The notes beneath the pieces were generated by a model that did not search any database, had not been told where the DNA came from, and was given only the letters and a program-made list of their open reading frames with translations. A stretch of 64,000 nucleotides of DNA from contig JAEUKI010000004.1 of NCBI GenBank assembly GCA_016793325.1, positions 18,886 through 82,885 of the forward strand, read 5' to 3'. The position numbers and the translations under genes were made by a program. This stretch comes from Myxococcales bacterium (GTDB lineage Bacteria; Myxococcota_A; Polyangia; Polyangiales; Ga0077539). Positions 1-9,394 of this stretch are shown in pieces. Each line of letters begins with the position of its first letter. Within the stretch, counting starts at the first letter, position 1.

Positions 1-684
1 GTGCCCGTCCCCCGTCGCGACCGCGCGCCATCGACCCGAGGGCATCACCTCGAGCGGCGCGAGCGCGTTGCGCCCGGGGTACTCGTCGGCCTGACCGAGC
101 TGCCCCTCGCTGTTGCGTCCCCAGCAGTACAGCCGCGACGCCCCGTCGATCACGCAGTAGTGATCGAACGCACCAGAAATCAAGCGCGCGTCGCACAGCG
201 CCGCGACGCGCTCGGGCCGCGAGCGCGCGAGCGTGTCTCCGAGCCCGAGCTGCCCCGATCCGTTGGCGCCCCAGCACCACACGGCGCGCGCGTCGTCGAT
301 CGCGCACGTGCTGTCGTCGCCCGCGGCCACGGCGACCCAACGCCCGACCGTGAGCGCCGTCGGGCTCGTGCGATCGACGGTGTCGCCTGCGCCGAGGGCT
401 CCTTCGTCGTTGGCTCCCCAACAGCGCAACGCGCCTCGGTCGATCGCGCATCCGTGGGACTCTCCGAGCGAGAGGTCGAACGCGCGCGTGCTGTCGACGA
501 CGGGGGTCGAGCACGCGCCGCCCTCGGACGCAGGCGCGTCGCGACCGTCTTCCGCCGGCGCGTCCGCATCGACGAGGGCCCCGTCGAGGGCGTCTTCGCT
601 CGCGTCGAGCACGAAGAGCGGGCCACGGACGGCGCAGCCCGCGAGCGCGAGCGAGAGCGCGATGCTGAAGGATCTTCGACGCAA
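1..684 (-). CDS. RCC1-repeat lipoprotein, partial (runs off the window edge; absent from the ORF track)
   Basis: Manual translation from TTG at 684: LRRRSFSIALSLALAGC (lipobox), then repeats HGCAIDRGALRCWGANDEGALG, STCAIDDARAVWCWGANGSGQLG, HYCVIDGASRLYCWGRNSEGQLG. Confidence 0.85.
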   Translation of the reverse strand, partial: MRRRSFSIALSLALAGCAVRGPLFVLDASEDALDGALVDADAPAEDGRDAPASEGGACSTPVVDSTRAFDLSLGESHGCAIDRGALRCWGANDEGALGAGDTVDRTSPTALTVGRWVAVAAGDDSTCAIDDARAVWCWGANGSGQLGLGDTLARSRPERVAALCDARLISGAFDHYCVIDGASRLYCWGRNSEGQLGQADEYPGRNALAPLEVMPSGRWRAVATGDGH

Positions 685-710
685 GGACCTGATCGAGAGA
701 GTACGCCGGA

Positions 711-2135
711 CTACAACGCGATCGGACCGCGATGAAATGGGTACGGGGTTCGAAAGTTGCCCGCCCAATCGGCGTGCGCTTGCATGAGCATTCCGGTCAT
801 GCCGAACGTCGTGTCCGTTCCGCCGAGCAAGCGCAGGACCGTCGCGTAGAGGTCGCCGGTCGTGGGGCGCGTCATCGTGAGATCCAAGTGGCGGCCCTTG
901 GCGAAGGCCGCGCCCATCCCTGCCATCACCACAGGAAGGCGCCGGACCTCGTGCGCGCCTCCGTTGCCGAACTCGCTGATCCAGAGGACGAGCGTCGAGT
1001 CGAGCAGCGGATTTCCGTCGAGGTCTGTCGTCGCGACGAGCCTGTCGAGCAGCGTCGCGAAGCTGTCGGCGTAGAAGCGCACGCCGTTGGAGATGCGATC
1101 GAGCGGCGAGGGCGAGCCCGTCGCGTTGCTCCACCCCATGTGCACCATGTCGTGCCAGTCGTTGTAGCCCGCGCTCGCCCGGGTCCGATCGCCGCCGTAC
1201 AGCCAGGGAAATCTCGGGTCGTGCGCCACGTTGAAGTGCAGCGCCGCGACGCGCGTGACGTCGCACGCGAGCGCGCGCACGAGGTTGTCGATCTGCGCGG
1301 GCGTCGAAATGTTGTCGCGGTCTCCCTCGCCGGGCCACATCGGGTCGAGCGACGGGAGCATCGCGAGGTCGGGACGACGGCAGCTCGGCGCCACCATCAT
1401 GCGCGGAACGTTTCGCGCCTCGAGCGTTCGAATGTGCTCGACGTGCGCGTCGAGCCGCTCGCGGTCCTCCGCGGGCAACCGCCCCCGAAGCGACGAAATC
1501 TGCTCGCGAACCGCGCTGAGCACGCCCGAGCGCTGCGCGCGCAGCCGGTCCCTTCGAGACAGCGTCGGCGTCCCGGTCATCGGGTCGCGGATGTTGCTGA
1601 AGAGAACCTCCGCCGCCCGCCGCGGGTTGCCCGAGAGCGCCTGCGCTGTCTGGATCATCCCCGCGGCGCGCGCGTAGTGAAAGCCAGCGCTGCTCCCGTC
1701 GGGCGAGGCGTGCAGGAGGATGTTCGCGCGCTCGCTCGTGCCGCGGAGGCGCTCTCCGACCACGAAATCAAGAGACGGGCCCATTCCCGGGCGATTCGCG
1801 GTCAGGATCGACGCGTTCGCCGGGCGGTGCCCGTCCGCGTCGTCGATGGCGTGCCGCACGACGTTGTCGACGCCCGAGATCACGAGCACGCGATCGCGGT
1901 GCCGATCGAGCGGCGCGAGGATCGGCGAGATCGAGCCCATCGCCGGCAGCGCTCCGCTCACGGACGGCCGCCATCGATCGAAGGGCGCGCCCTGCCCGTG
2001 CGTCACCAAAATGAAGCGACGAATCGGCGAGGGCATCGACTGAGCGTGCGCGCGCTTGGGCGCGAGCGACTGGAGGAGGGGCAGGGCGAGGGCGACTCCG
2101 CCCGCGCCGATGAGCACGCGGCGTTCGATCTTCAT
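711..2135 (-). CDS. DUF1552 family protein, Tat-exported
   Basis: True start MKIERRVLIGAGGVALALPLL within ORF 711..3839; motifs SPILAPLDRH, SLDFVVG, ALACDVTRVA, LDSTLVLWISEFG; overlaps the stop of the upstream DUF1592-type gene. Confidence 0.85.
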   Translation of the reverse strand: MKIERRVLIGAGGVALALPLLQSLAPKRAHAQSMPSPIRRFILVTHGQGAPFDRWRPSVSGALPAMGSISPILAPLDRHRDRVLVISGVDNVVRHAIDDADGHRPANASILTANRPGMGPSLDFVVGERLRGTSERANILLHASPDGSSAGFHYARAAGMIQTAQALSGNPRRAAEVLFSNIRDPMTGTPTLSRRDRLRAQRSGVLSAVREQISSLRGRLPAEDRERLDAHVEHIRTLEARNVPRMMVAPSCRRPDLAMLPSLDPMWPGEGDRDNISTPAQIDNLVRALACDVTRVAALHFNVAHDPRFPWLYGGDRTRASAGYNDWHDMVHMGWSNATGSPSPLDRISNGVRFYADSFATLLDRLVATTDLDGNPLLDSTLVLWISEFGNGGAHEVRRLPVVMAGMGAAFAKGRHLDLTMTRPTTGDLYATVLRLLGGTDTTFGMTGMLMQAHADWAGNFRTPYPFHRGPIAL

Positions 2136-3889
2136 GGGGTCTCCCTGGCGCGGCGGTTCGCGAACGCGTCGGACGTGGCCATCGCCACCATCATCGAGAG
2201 CAGCGAGCGGTCTCCGCCGCGGGTTCCGTCGAGGTGATCGGTGAGCGCTTGCAGCGTGCATGCGTCCTCGTCCTCCTCGCGTCGGCCGAAGGTGAAGCGC
2301 AGCCACTGTTTGCTGAGGCACGGCTCGCACAGGCCCGTGTCGACCACGCGTCGAACGAGCTCGGTCGGCGTCGCGAACGAGAGCGAGAGCGATCCTGTGA
2401 GCATGGACGTCCCGGCGCTTGCGACGGCGTTTCCGTGGCGATCTGCGCGGCGAAGGCGGCCGATCTCGTCGAAGCGATCGAACGCCAACCCGATGGGGTC
2501 GATCCGGTCGTGGCAGTAGTTGCAGTCCGATCGACGGCGAACCGCGAGCGAGCGATCCGTGGCCGACGCCGTGGGCGGCAGCGGGAGGCTGTCGAAGACG
2601 GCCTGCGCGTTTCCCGGCGGGCTCCCGAGCGGCTGGCACGCGAGCTGTTGGAGCACGAACGTGCCTCGAAATACGTACGAAGGGTCGCGATCGTGCGCGA
2701 GCCCGGCCATCACCGCGGGCTGCGTCACGAGCCCGGCGTACACCGTCGGGTCGAGCGTGGCGCGGACCCACGTCGTGTCGTTGGCCGCTGTATTCGCAGG
2801 GAGCCCGTAGAACTCCGCGAGCCGCGCGTTGACGAAGACGTCCGTGCTCGTGAGCGCTTGCGTGAGCGTGCGCCCGTCGCGCACCGCTGACAGAACGTAC
2901 CGCTCGAAGCCCTCTTGAATTGCTGTGGCGAGTCGTTGATCGAACGCCGGGTCCGCGCGGTCTCCTGCGCCGAGCGCTCGAATGTGAATCCACTCGCGAA
3001 AGAAGCGCATGATCGCAGGCCTCGCGCGGTCCGACGCGATCAGCCGCCGCGCTTGCGTCTCGCGCTGCGCGCTCGTTCGAAGCTCGCCTCGCGCCGCGGC
3101 GTCGAGCAGCGCGTCGTCCGGAACGCTGTCCCAGAACAAGAACGACAGCCGCGACGCCAGCTCGTAGTCGCCGAGCGCACGGACGTTGTCTGCGAGCGTT
3201 CCTCCTTCGGGGAGGTACAAAAAGTCCGGCATTTGCAGGACCGCGGCGGTGATCACCGCGATCCCGTCGCCGAAGTCTCCGCCGCTCGTGCGCATCGCGC
3301 GATAGAGCCCGAGCAAGCGATCGCGCTCGGCCATCGTCGGCGCGCGGCGCAGCGCCCGACGCACGAAGCGATCGACGAACGTGTTCACGCACGCCTCGCC
3401 CGCGCCCGCCATCGCGCTGCACGGGAGCAGCGTCGCGAGCTGCCCCGCGACGCTCTCGGCCGTCTCTTCCGCGGCGATCATGATTTGCTCGGCGCTCGCC
3501 TCGCTCACGACGTTGCGCTCGGGGTCCGTCGAGAAGCCCGAGGCCTGCGCCGACTCGCTCCTCGCCTGCGCGGGAAAGCTCGTCCCCGCCATCGCGCGAC
3601 CCTCGAACACGTCTCGCACCGCGTTGCGATACTGCTCGGGCGTGAGCCTTCGCATCGGGGCGCGCGCGGATTGTCTCTGGTCGCACGCGATCCTCGGGCG
3701 GGCCGCGTCCGTCGGCGCGCTCGCGTCGCCCGTGGGCGGCTCGACCGACCCGTCCGAGCGGCCCGCGGGCTCGCCGATCAAGCCCTGACAGCCCGCCATG
3801 GCGAGCGCGAGTCCCGCGCTCGTCCAGCAGCGACGCCAACGAAACCAGCGCTGCGCGCGCCTCGGTGGTTGGTCAAACGTTGGAGACAT
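2132..3889 (-). CDS. DUF1592/DUF1588/DUF1595-type cytochrome-like lipoprotein
   Basis: Lipobox MAGC, MRRLTPEQYRNAVRD, YELASRLSFLFWDSVPD, CNYCH heme motif, IDPIGLAFDRFD; usual partner of DUF1552. Confidence 0.85.
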   Translation of the reverse strand: MSPTFDQPPRRAQRWFRWRRCWTSAGLALAMAGCQGLIGEPAGRSDGSVEPPTGDASAPTDAARPRIACDQRQSARAPMRRLTPEQYRNAVRDVFEGRAMAGTSFPAQARSESAQASGFSTDPERNVVSEASAEQIMIAAEETAESVAGQLATLLPCSAMAGAGEACVNTFVDRFVRRALRRAPTMAERDRLLGLYRAMRTSGGDFGDGIAVITAAVLQMPDFLYLPEGGTLADNVRALGDYELASRLSFLFWDSVPDDALLDAAARGELRTSAQRETQARRLIASDRARPAIMRFFREWIHIRALGAGDRADPAFDQRLATAIQEGFERYVLSAVRDGRTLTQALTSTDVFVNARLAEFYGLPANTAANDTTWVRATLDPTVYAGLVTQPAVMAGLAHDRDPSYVFRGTFVLQQLACQPLGSPPGNAQAVFDSLPLPPTASATDRSLAVRRRSDCNYCHDRIDPIGLAFDRFDEIGRLRRADRHGNAVASAGTSMLTGSLSLSFATPTELVRRVVDTGLCEPCLSKQWLRFTFGRREEDEDACTLQALTDHLDGTRGGDRSLLSMMVAMATSDAFANRRARETP

Positions 3890-4016
3890 CGTCCCAACAA
3901 GAGCGCAGATCGCCGAAGATCGGCTCAAGATTCGTCGCGAATCGTGCGAGCCGACGCGACCATGGACGCGGTGATCCATTGACGCTCGCGCTCGGCCAAC
4001 ACACCGAGCACGGACG

Positions 4017-4493
4017 ATGGAGCCGACACCCCTGCGCGAGCTGCTTCGAGCGCTCGAGCCGACGCTCGCGACCGCGCCGTTCGAGCGCCTCGTTCGCTAC
4101 GAGCGAAACGGACGCGGATTGAATGTGTGTGTCACCGATCGCCTCCGACGCGCGGCGGTCAAAGAGGGCGTGTGGCGCTCGCACGCGATGGTGACGGCGC
4201 TCGAAAACGGGCGGTACGGGTTCGACCCCGACCGCGCGCGCAGCCTCGGCGGACGCGACGGGCTCTTCGTCGTCGACCGTGATTTTCGCCCCGCCAACGC
4301 GATGATGAAGAAGCTCTATGATCGCTACCTCGACAAGCCCGAGAGCGGCGCGGAGCTCGTCGCGAGCGCGCTCGGCTGCGCGGTGAGCGAGCTCGTCGCG
4401 GTGAGGCTCGTGTCGCACCACCTACGATTGCTGGGGGTTCTCTCGCGCGGCGCCGACGACGACTGGCTCGTGCTCGTCGACGTGGATCGCTGA
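4017..4493 (+). CDS. hypothetical protein (158 aa)
   Basis: Protein-like composition, GC-rich third codon positions. Confidence 0.7.
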   Translation: MEPTPLRELLRALEPTLATAPFERLVRYERNGRGLNVCVTDRLRRAAVKEGVWRSHAMVTALENGRYGFDPDRARSLGGRDGLFVVDRDFRPANAMMKKLYDRYLDKPESGAELVASALGCAVSELVAVRLVSHHLRLLGVLSRGADDDWLVLVDVDR

Positions 4494-4772
4494 GGCGAAC
4501 GAACCGCCGAGCGAACCGAGCGCCACCGCGAGAGGGTGCAATGCCCACGTGATGCGCGACGCCCTGTGGGAGGCTGTTGAAGCGGCGGCGGAATTCCAAG
4601 GGAGCCCGGGCGTGGAAGCACATGATCGGCGCACGGCCGGGAGCGCGGGCGTGGAAGAGCACGGGTGTGGAAGCACGCGAGTGTGGAAGCACGCGATTGG
4701 CGCACGGCCGGGAGACGAGCGCCCGGCCTTTGCGCTCCGCGGAGCGGGCTCGGCGTCCGCCGGGCCTATCCC

Positions 4773-4871
4773 GACGCCCCGTTGGAAGAAGACACGCAAT
4801 GAGCACACTCCTGGGAAATTTCGCGAGAATCTCAGCTCGCGTGTCGCCGACGTAAGGCGGAGCCGCTCTAC
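4773..4871 (-). repeat. family B ~100-nt hairpin element, copy 1
   Basis: Reverse complement reads GTAGAGCGGCTCCGCC...ACACGC...GCGTGTCTTCTTCCAACGGGGCGTC; the TAG is the tnpA stop. Confidence 0.8.
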
Positions 4872-5297
4872 GCGCTGGACTCGTCGTCGCGCTCGATTTG
4901 CTCCCATGCATCGAGCGAGGCTCCGGTGCGATGGTGCGCGCGCTGGCGTTCGATGGAGTCGAACAGGGGCGTCGTGTTGTTGCGAGCGATGCTGAACGCC
5001 GCATAGGCGCTCTGCCAGCGGAAGGTTAGGTCCCTCGAGGCGACGAGCCAACACGACTGCGCTCTCGCTCTTGAATGCACGCACCACCTCGGCAATCGAC
5101 CGCGTAAGGGCCATTCGAACCACCAGGTGTACGTGATCGTCGGACGCCGCAAACGCCAGCAGTTCGGCGGACAACTTCTCGCTTCGTGCCAGATACAGCG
5201 CCCGCAACGCGGGATCGTGACTCTCCGCGATCGACTGCACGCGCCGCTTCGTGCTCCACACCCGATGAACGAATCCTCGCGAAAGGGAGTGACTCAT
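4868..5297 (-). pseudogene. tnpA: HUH Y1 transposase (IS200/IS605 TnpA or RAYT type), frameshifted
   Basis: MSHSLSRGFVHRVWSTKRR...DDHVHL (HUH)...FKSES, frameshift near 5030, then FRWQSAYAAFS...LFDSIERQRAHH; expected catalytic Tyr of YIxxQ is Ser (TCC). Confidence 0.85.
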
Positions 5298-5766
5298 CTG
5301 CCTCGAGAGTAGGCCCGGCGGACGCCGAGCCCGCTCCGCGGAGCGAAAAGGCCGGGCGCTCGTCTCCCGGCCGTGCGCCGATCGCGTTCGTCCACGCTTG
5401 TCTCGCGGCGCTCGTCTCCCGGCCGTGCGCGAATCGCGTGCTTCCACACTCGCGCTCTTCCACGCCCGCGCTCCCGGCCGTGCGCCAATCGCGTGCTTCC
5501 GCACTTGTCTCTTGGCGCTCGTCTCACGGCGCTTGTCTCTTGGCGCTTGTCTCGCGGCGCTCGTCTCCCCGCCGTGCGCCAATCGCGTGCTTCCACACCC
5601 GTGCTCTTCCACGCCCGCGCTCCCGGCCGTGCGCTCGATGGCGGGTCACGCGGGAACGCGTCGCACGCGTCGACCACGCGATCGCGTGACGCGCGTTCCA
5701 CACTCGACCGCCCCGCCCGCGCCCCGCGCGCTTCTCTCGCTTGTTTCGCGCTTCGCAGTGACTCGG

Positions 5767-7149
5767 CTATCGTCGGCGACCGGGACGTCGACCCCCGCTC
5801 GGTGTGCTGCTCGCGCCGCCCGCAGCAGCGCTCGCTGCGCCGCCCGTCGCTGGAGCGCCGTTCATCGAGATCGCGCGTCGCGCGGCGGGGACGAGCGGGT
5901 CGGGCGAGTACTCGAGAAGCGGCCTTCCGAACGTGGGCGTCGCCGCGGCGAGCGTGCGCATCGCTTCGCTCGCCCACGGTCGACCAAAGAACCCCCCTGC
6001 GCGCACGTCGGCGGGATTGGTTCGCTCGTCGAACGTCGAGTCCGGCGGCACCGTCGTATCGACCAAGATCGCGCGCGGACCGAGATAGAGCCCCGCTTGT
6101 TGCTCGGCGTGCTGCGCGGGAACCCCGTCCGCGCCGACGGTCCACGCCCACCGTCGGATGGTGCGGCCCTCTGCGCGCAGATCGCACGTGTATCGCCCCG
6201 GGTTCGCGCGCATCTGCTCGCTGCGAAACGGAAGCTGCACCGTCGCGTAGCGAAAATGAATGTGCTCGACCTCTGTTCCGCCGATGGCGCGAGGGTTGGG
6301 GCGAAACTGTCGGCGAACGCTCAGCGATCGGACGTCGGCGATGTTCGCAGGAAGCGGGTTCGGCACAGTAAACGGCTGACCGTTCACCTGGCAGCGCATC
6401 GACGCCTCGGAGGACATCCGGTTGTACGTCGCCTCCGCCGCGCTGAACGCGAATGTCATGAACATCAGCGTTCCGGTCAGGCCGTTGTCGAAGTACGCGT
6501 TCGCGTAGCTGTCGTTCGGCGTGAACGACGTCCACGCGAGGATCGAGTCGAGCAGCCTGCCGTGGTGCGAGAGGTAGTACGTGTCGGGCAGCGGATTGAG
6601 GTTGTCTCCCCCCCAGTGGTGCGCGACACGAGCGACCTCCATCGTGCGCGTCGCGAGCACGCTCTCGGCGTCCGTCGCGCCATCGACCCAGCGGATCTCG
6701 ACGTTGACCGTCCCCACGGCGCGCAGCTGCACCGCTCGATCGCGGCACTCTTCGACCTTCAAGAACGAGAAGGCTCGATCGCGCTCGAACCCCGGCGCGT
6801 ACGCGGTGCAACGCAGGCGACCCAGCTCTCGGCCTCCCTGCTTGAACACCAACAAGAACGCGCTGTCCGCGGGCGCCGTTCCGAACACGCGCAGCGTCGC
6901 GCTCACGGAGTAGCCGAGGTCGACGCGCGTTCCGTTGCGCGTCTCTTCGTGGCTCTCGAGCTCGAACCACGTCCAGCCATCGTCGAGCCTGAGCGTGGGC
7001 GACGGCTGCGGCGTGGCGGCTGCGGTGACGCCCGCGTCGCTCGCTTGAGCGCTCGCAGCGGTAGGCACGGCGGTCGCGAGCGCTCCCGCCAAGGCATACT
7101 CGATCAGGGCGCGCGAACGCACGCGCGCTCCATGGGCACGAATCGACAT
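5767..7149 (-). CDS. secreted hypothetical protein (460 aa)
   Basis: Signal-like N-terminus ending ASAQA, beta-rich body. Confidence 0.75.
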   Translation of the reverse strand: MSIRAHGARVRSRALIEYALAGALATAVPTAASAQASDAGVTAAATPQPSPTLRLDDGWTWFELESHEETRNGTRVDLGYSVSATLRVFGTAPADSAFLLVFKQGGRELGRLRCTAYAPGFERDRAFSFLKVEECRDRAVQLRAVGTVNVEIRWVDGATDAESVLATRTMEVARVAHHWGGDNLNPLPDTYYLSHHGRLLDSILAWTSFTPNDSYANAYFDNGLTGTLMFMTFAFSAAEATYNRMSSEASMRCQVNGQPFTVPNPLPANIADVRSLSVRRQFRPNPRAIGGTEVEHIHFRYATVQLPFRSEQMRANPGRYTCDLRAEGRTIRRWAWTVGADGVPAQHAEQQAGLYLGPRAILVDTTVPPDSTFDERTNPADVRAGGFFGRPWASEAMRTLAAATPTFGRPLLEYSPDPLVPAARRAISMNGAPATGGAASAAAGGASSTPSGGRRPGRRR

Positions 7150-7258
7150 CTCCGAGGCTCCCTTCGCTTTGCGTCGCGCGGACGGCGACGAACGCGACAG
7201 TGATCCCGCGCTGCGAATCGCGCGACTTAAAGGTCCTTCGAGAATCTTCGAGCGCCGC

Positions 7259-8230
7259 TCACGAGAGGTGCCAGCGCAGGATCCCGAACAGGCACATCGT
7301 CATCGTCGTCGCGAACCACACGATCGACCCGCCGACGAGCGCGCGTCGCGTGTGCGAGTTGGACCGGCCCCGCAACAACCGCGGAACGATCGTGGCGAGC
7401 GGCAGCGAGACCAAGATCCCCAACAAGAGCCCTTGCCACATGGGCTCGCAGCAACCGACGCGACAGACGAGGGTCTTTCCCTCTCCGTCCGACGAGTCGT
7501 CCCAGCAGCGCGACGGAACGAGCGCCATGTAGATCGGCGCCCCGAAGAACAAGATGAACCCGCCCGCGGCCGCGATCCAATCGAGCCACCCGTGCGGCTC
7601 TTTGGGAGGGAGCTCGCCGTTGTCCTCGACCCGCGGGGTCTCGCGCGCCATCGTCGCGATGGCCTTCACGATGCGAGAAGCCCGCGCGTCGTCGTGCTTC
7701 GCGTGCGCGAACGTATAAAGTGAGCACGAAATCATCGAGCCCGCGTCGTCGAGCACGAGCCGGGTGATCCCCTCGCGACGAAGCGTCCTGACCGCGTCGC
7801 GAAGCGCCTTGGAGCCGAGCACGTGCGCGAGCACCTCGTGTGGCGTGTGGGTGTCGACGTAGACCTCGCTGTCGAAGTCATGGTCGCCCGTCTGAAACTC
7901 GACCGAGACGCCGCTCTCTTTGGCGTCGACGTCCGCCGGGCTCTCGTCGCGCAGCGCGATCATCATCGGCCGCGTCGCGCGCAGCGTTGGCTCGCTGGTG
8001 GGCTTGGCGCGATAGCCGCCCTCGGCGCTCGGCGGCGTGATCTTCGGCGTCGCTTGTCCGTACGCGGTCGCGAAGCTCACGTGCGAGCCCGAGCCGCTCC
8101 AGTACTCGACGAACACTTTGACGTCGTCGACGACCACGGTGAACTTGTTCTCGCCCGCTTGCCCGCCCGCCAGCTTGCGCAGCTGGACGACCAGGTCGGA
8201 CTCGCACTCGGATTCGCTCTCGACGTTCAC
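7259..8230 (-). CDS. membrane hypothetical protein (about 3 C-terminal TM segments)
   Basis: Hydrophobic segments WIAAAGGFILFFGAPIYMAL, LLLGILVSLPLATIV, LVGGSIVWFATTMTMCLFGIL. Confidence 0.7.
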   Translation of the reverse strand: MNVESESECESDLVVQLRKLAGGQAGENKFTVVVDDVKVFVEYWSGSGSHVSFATAYGQATPKITPPSAEGGYRAKPTSEPTLRATRPMMIALRDESPADVDAKESGVSVEFQTGDHDFDSEVYVDTHTPHEVLAHVLGSKALRDAVRTLRREGITRLVLDDAGSMISCSLYTFAHAKHDDARASRIVKAIATMARETPRVEDNGELPPKEPHGWLDWIAAAGGFILFFGAPIYMALVPSRCWDDSSDGEGKTLVCRVGCCEPMWQGLLLGILVSLPLATIVPRLLRGRSNSHTRRALVGGSIVWFATTMTMCLFGILRWHLS

Positions 8231-8236
8231 GAGGGG

Positions 8237-8644
8237 TCAGCTCTTTCTTCGCGACGGGGCGTGGGCGAAGGCCGTCGCGTTCGCAGGTCCGCTGCCCCCG
8301 CTGCTCGCTGGGCCGCTGCGTCCGCTGTGCGATGGCGTGTCGAAGATCACGCGAACGAACGCCGTGGCTTCATCGACGCGCGCGTTGAACACGCTCCGCG
8401 GTACGTCGATCGGCTCCGCGACGCGCAGCACCAACCCCGAGGCAAAACGCACGTTGATCCACTCGTGCGTCAGCGGGAGCTCGGCGCGCTCGGCCCACAC
8501 GACGGTCTGCTCGTGCGCGTCGGTCACGCACACCGCAGGAGCGCTCGCGAGCAACCAGCGAAGGATCACGTCGAGCTGCTTGCGGCCCGCGAAGTCCTCG
8601 ACGAACCAGTGCAGCGACACCGCCTGCGTGACGTCCTCGCTCAT
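8237..8644 (-). CDS. hypothetical protein (135 aa)
   Basis: Protein-like ORF ending 6 bp before the 7259..8230 gene; probable operon. Confidence 0.6.
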   Translation of the reverse strand: MSEDVTQAVSLHWFVEDFAGRKQLDVILRWLLASAPAVCVTDAHEQTVVWAERAELPLTHEWINVRFASGLVLRVAEPIDVPRSVFNARVDEATAFVRVIFDTPSHSGRSGPASSGGSGPANATAFAHAPSRRKS

Positions 8645-8695
8645 CGCGCGATCGTAGCAGTCGAGCCGCCTGCGGACGCCCGCCGTCGCCCCGAA

Positions 8696-8729
8696 GGGCA
8701 GATCTGCCCAAAAAAGGGCATATCTGCCC
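8696..8729. promoter_or_regulatory. tandem 14-bp palindromes (candidate operator)
   Basis: GGGCAGATCTGCCC at 8696-8709 and GGGCATATCTGCCC at 8716-8729, separated by A6, about 50 bp upstream of the 8644 start. Confidence 0.45.
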
Positions 8730-8766
8730 CCTGCGTGAAACGCAGGAAATATCGAAATTTCACCCT

Positions 8767-8866
8767 CTAGAGCGGCTCCGCCTTCCGTTGGCTACACGCC
8801 ACACAACCATCCCAGGGAATTTCCCAGGAGATGGCTCGATGCGTGTAGTCCTTCCAACGGGGCGTC
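8767..8866 (+). repeat. family B hairpin element, copy 2
   Basis: CTAGAGCGGCTCCGCCTTCCGTTGGCTACACGC...GCGTGTAGTCCTTCCAACGGGGCGTC. Confidence 0.8.
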
Positions 8867-9026
8867 GCGATAGAATCCTCCCCGCTTCCGATCCGCGCTC
8901 GCGTCTCCCGACGCCCACGCACCACGCTTCCCTCGGCGGCCCGTTCGAAGCCGTGCTCGATGAGCGCTGTTCGCGCGACTCGAGTGACCGCGTAAGAGCG
9001 CGTTCGGAGCGCGCTCCCGACGCGCT

Positions 9027-9299
9027 CTACGCGAGGGCCTTGTCGAGGGACTCGTTGATCTTCTGCTCGATCGTGCCCTTCATCGCCTTCATCAAGAACG
9101 AGAGGTTGAGCTCACACTTGATCGACGTGTCGGAGACCGCGAAGGTGCCCTTCACTGGGTCGGTCACGTTGAAGATGTCGCCGGCCCAAGCGCCCTTGAT
9201 GCCGACCTTGTCCTTCATCTTCTCGAGCATGTCGTTGGCGCGCTTCTTCGCCTCTTCCTTGCCCAGCGTGTGATTGCGCGTGATGTTGATGTCAGCCAT
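9027..9299 (-). CDS. putative polyhydroxyalkanoic acid system family protein
   Basis: 90 aa; MADINITRNHTLGKEEAKKRA...GIKGAWAGD...LSFLMKAMKGTIEQKI fits the family pattern. Confidence 0.8.
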   Translation of the reverse strand: MADINITRNHTLGKEEAKKRANDMLEKMKDKVGIKGAWAGDIFNVTDPVKGTFAVSDTSIKCELNLSFLMKAMKGTIEQKINESLDKALA

Positions 9300-9394
9300 T
9301 CGTTCCTCGGTTGTGCGCGGTCCAATGCCGCAACGAGCGCGGCCCGGACGTGTGAGCCGCGGAGGTTAGCGCAATTGAGTGCCGTGAAAAGGGG

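Larger units (their letters stand above)
4600..5635. mobile_element. RAYT/IS200-like locus: tnpA pseudogene flanked by inverted REP arms and mirrored tandem arrays (family A)
   Basis: Arms 4691-4768 and 5310-5387 are reverse complements (2 mismatches in 78 nt); the right arm starts GTAG-GCCCGGC...GCCGGGC; outer GTGGAAGCACGCGATTGGCGCACGGCCGGGAG-type units are mirrored on both sides. Confidence 0.8.

Noticed and set aside
711-3839. 1042-aa ORF as a single protein (likewise 12793..16014, 18669..20603, 21754..23871, 22261..23850)
   Set aside because: The N-terminal parts are Arg-rich off-frame extensions over other genes; real starts are downstream.
4540-4870. tnpB/IscB-type RNA-guided nuclease downstream of tnpA
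   Set aside because: No RuvC-bearing ORF or remnant is visible next to tnpA.
5020-5040. programmed frameshift in tnpA
   Set aside because: No slippery heptamer is evident and the catalytic Tyr is also lost; a pseudogene is the simpler reading.
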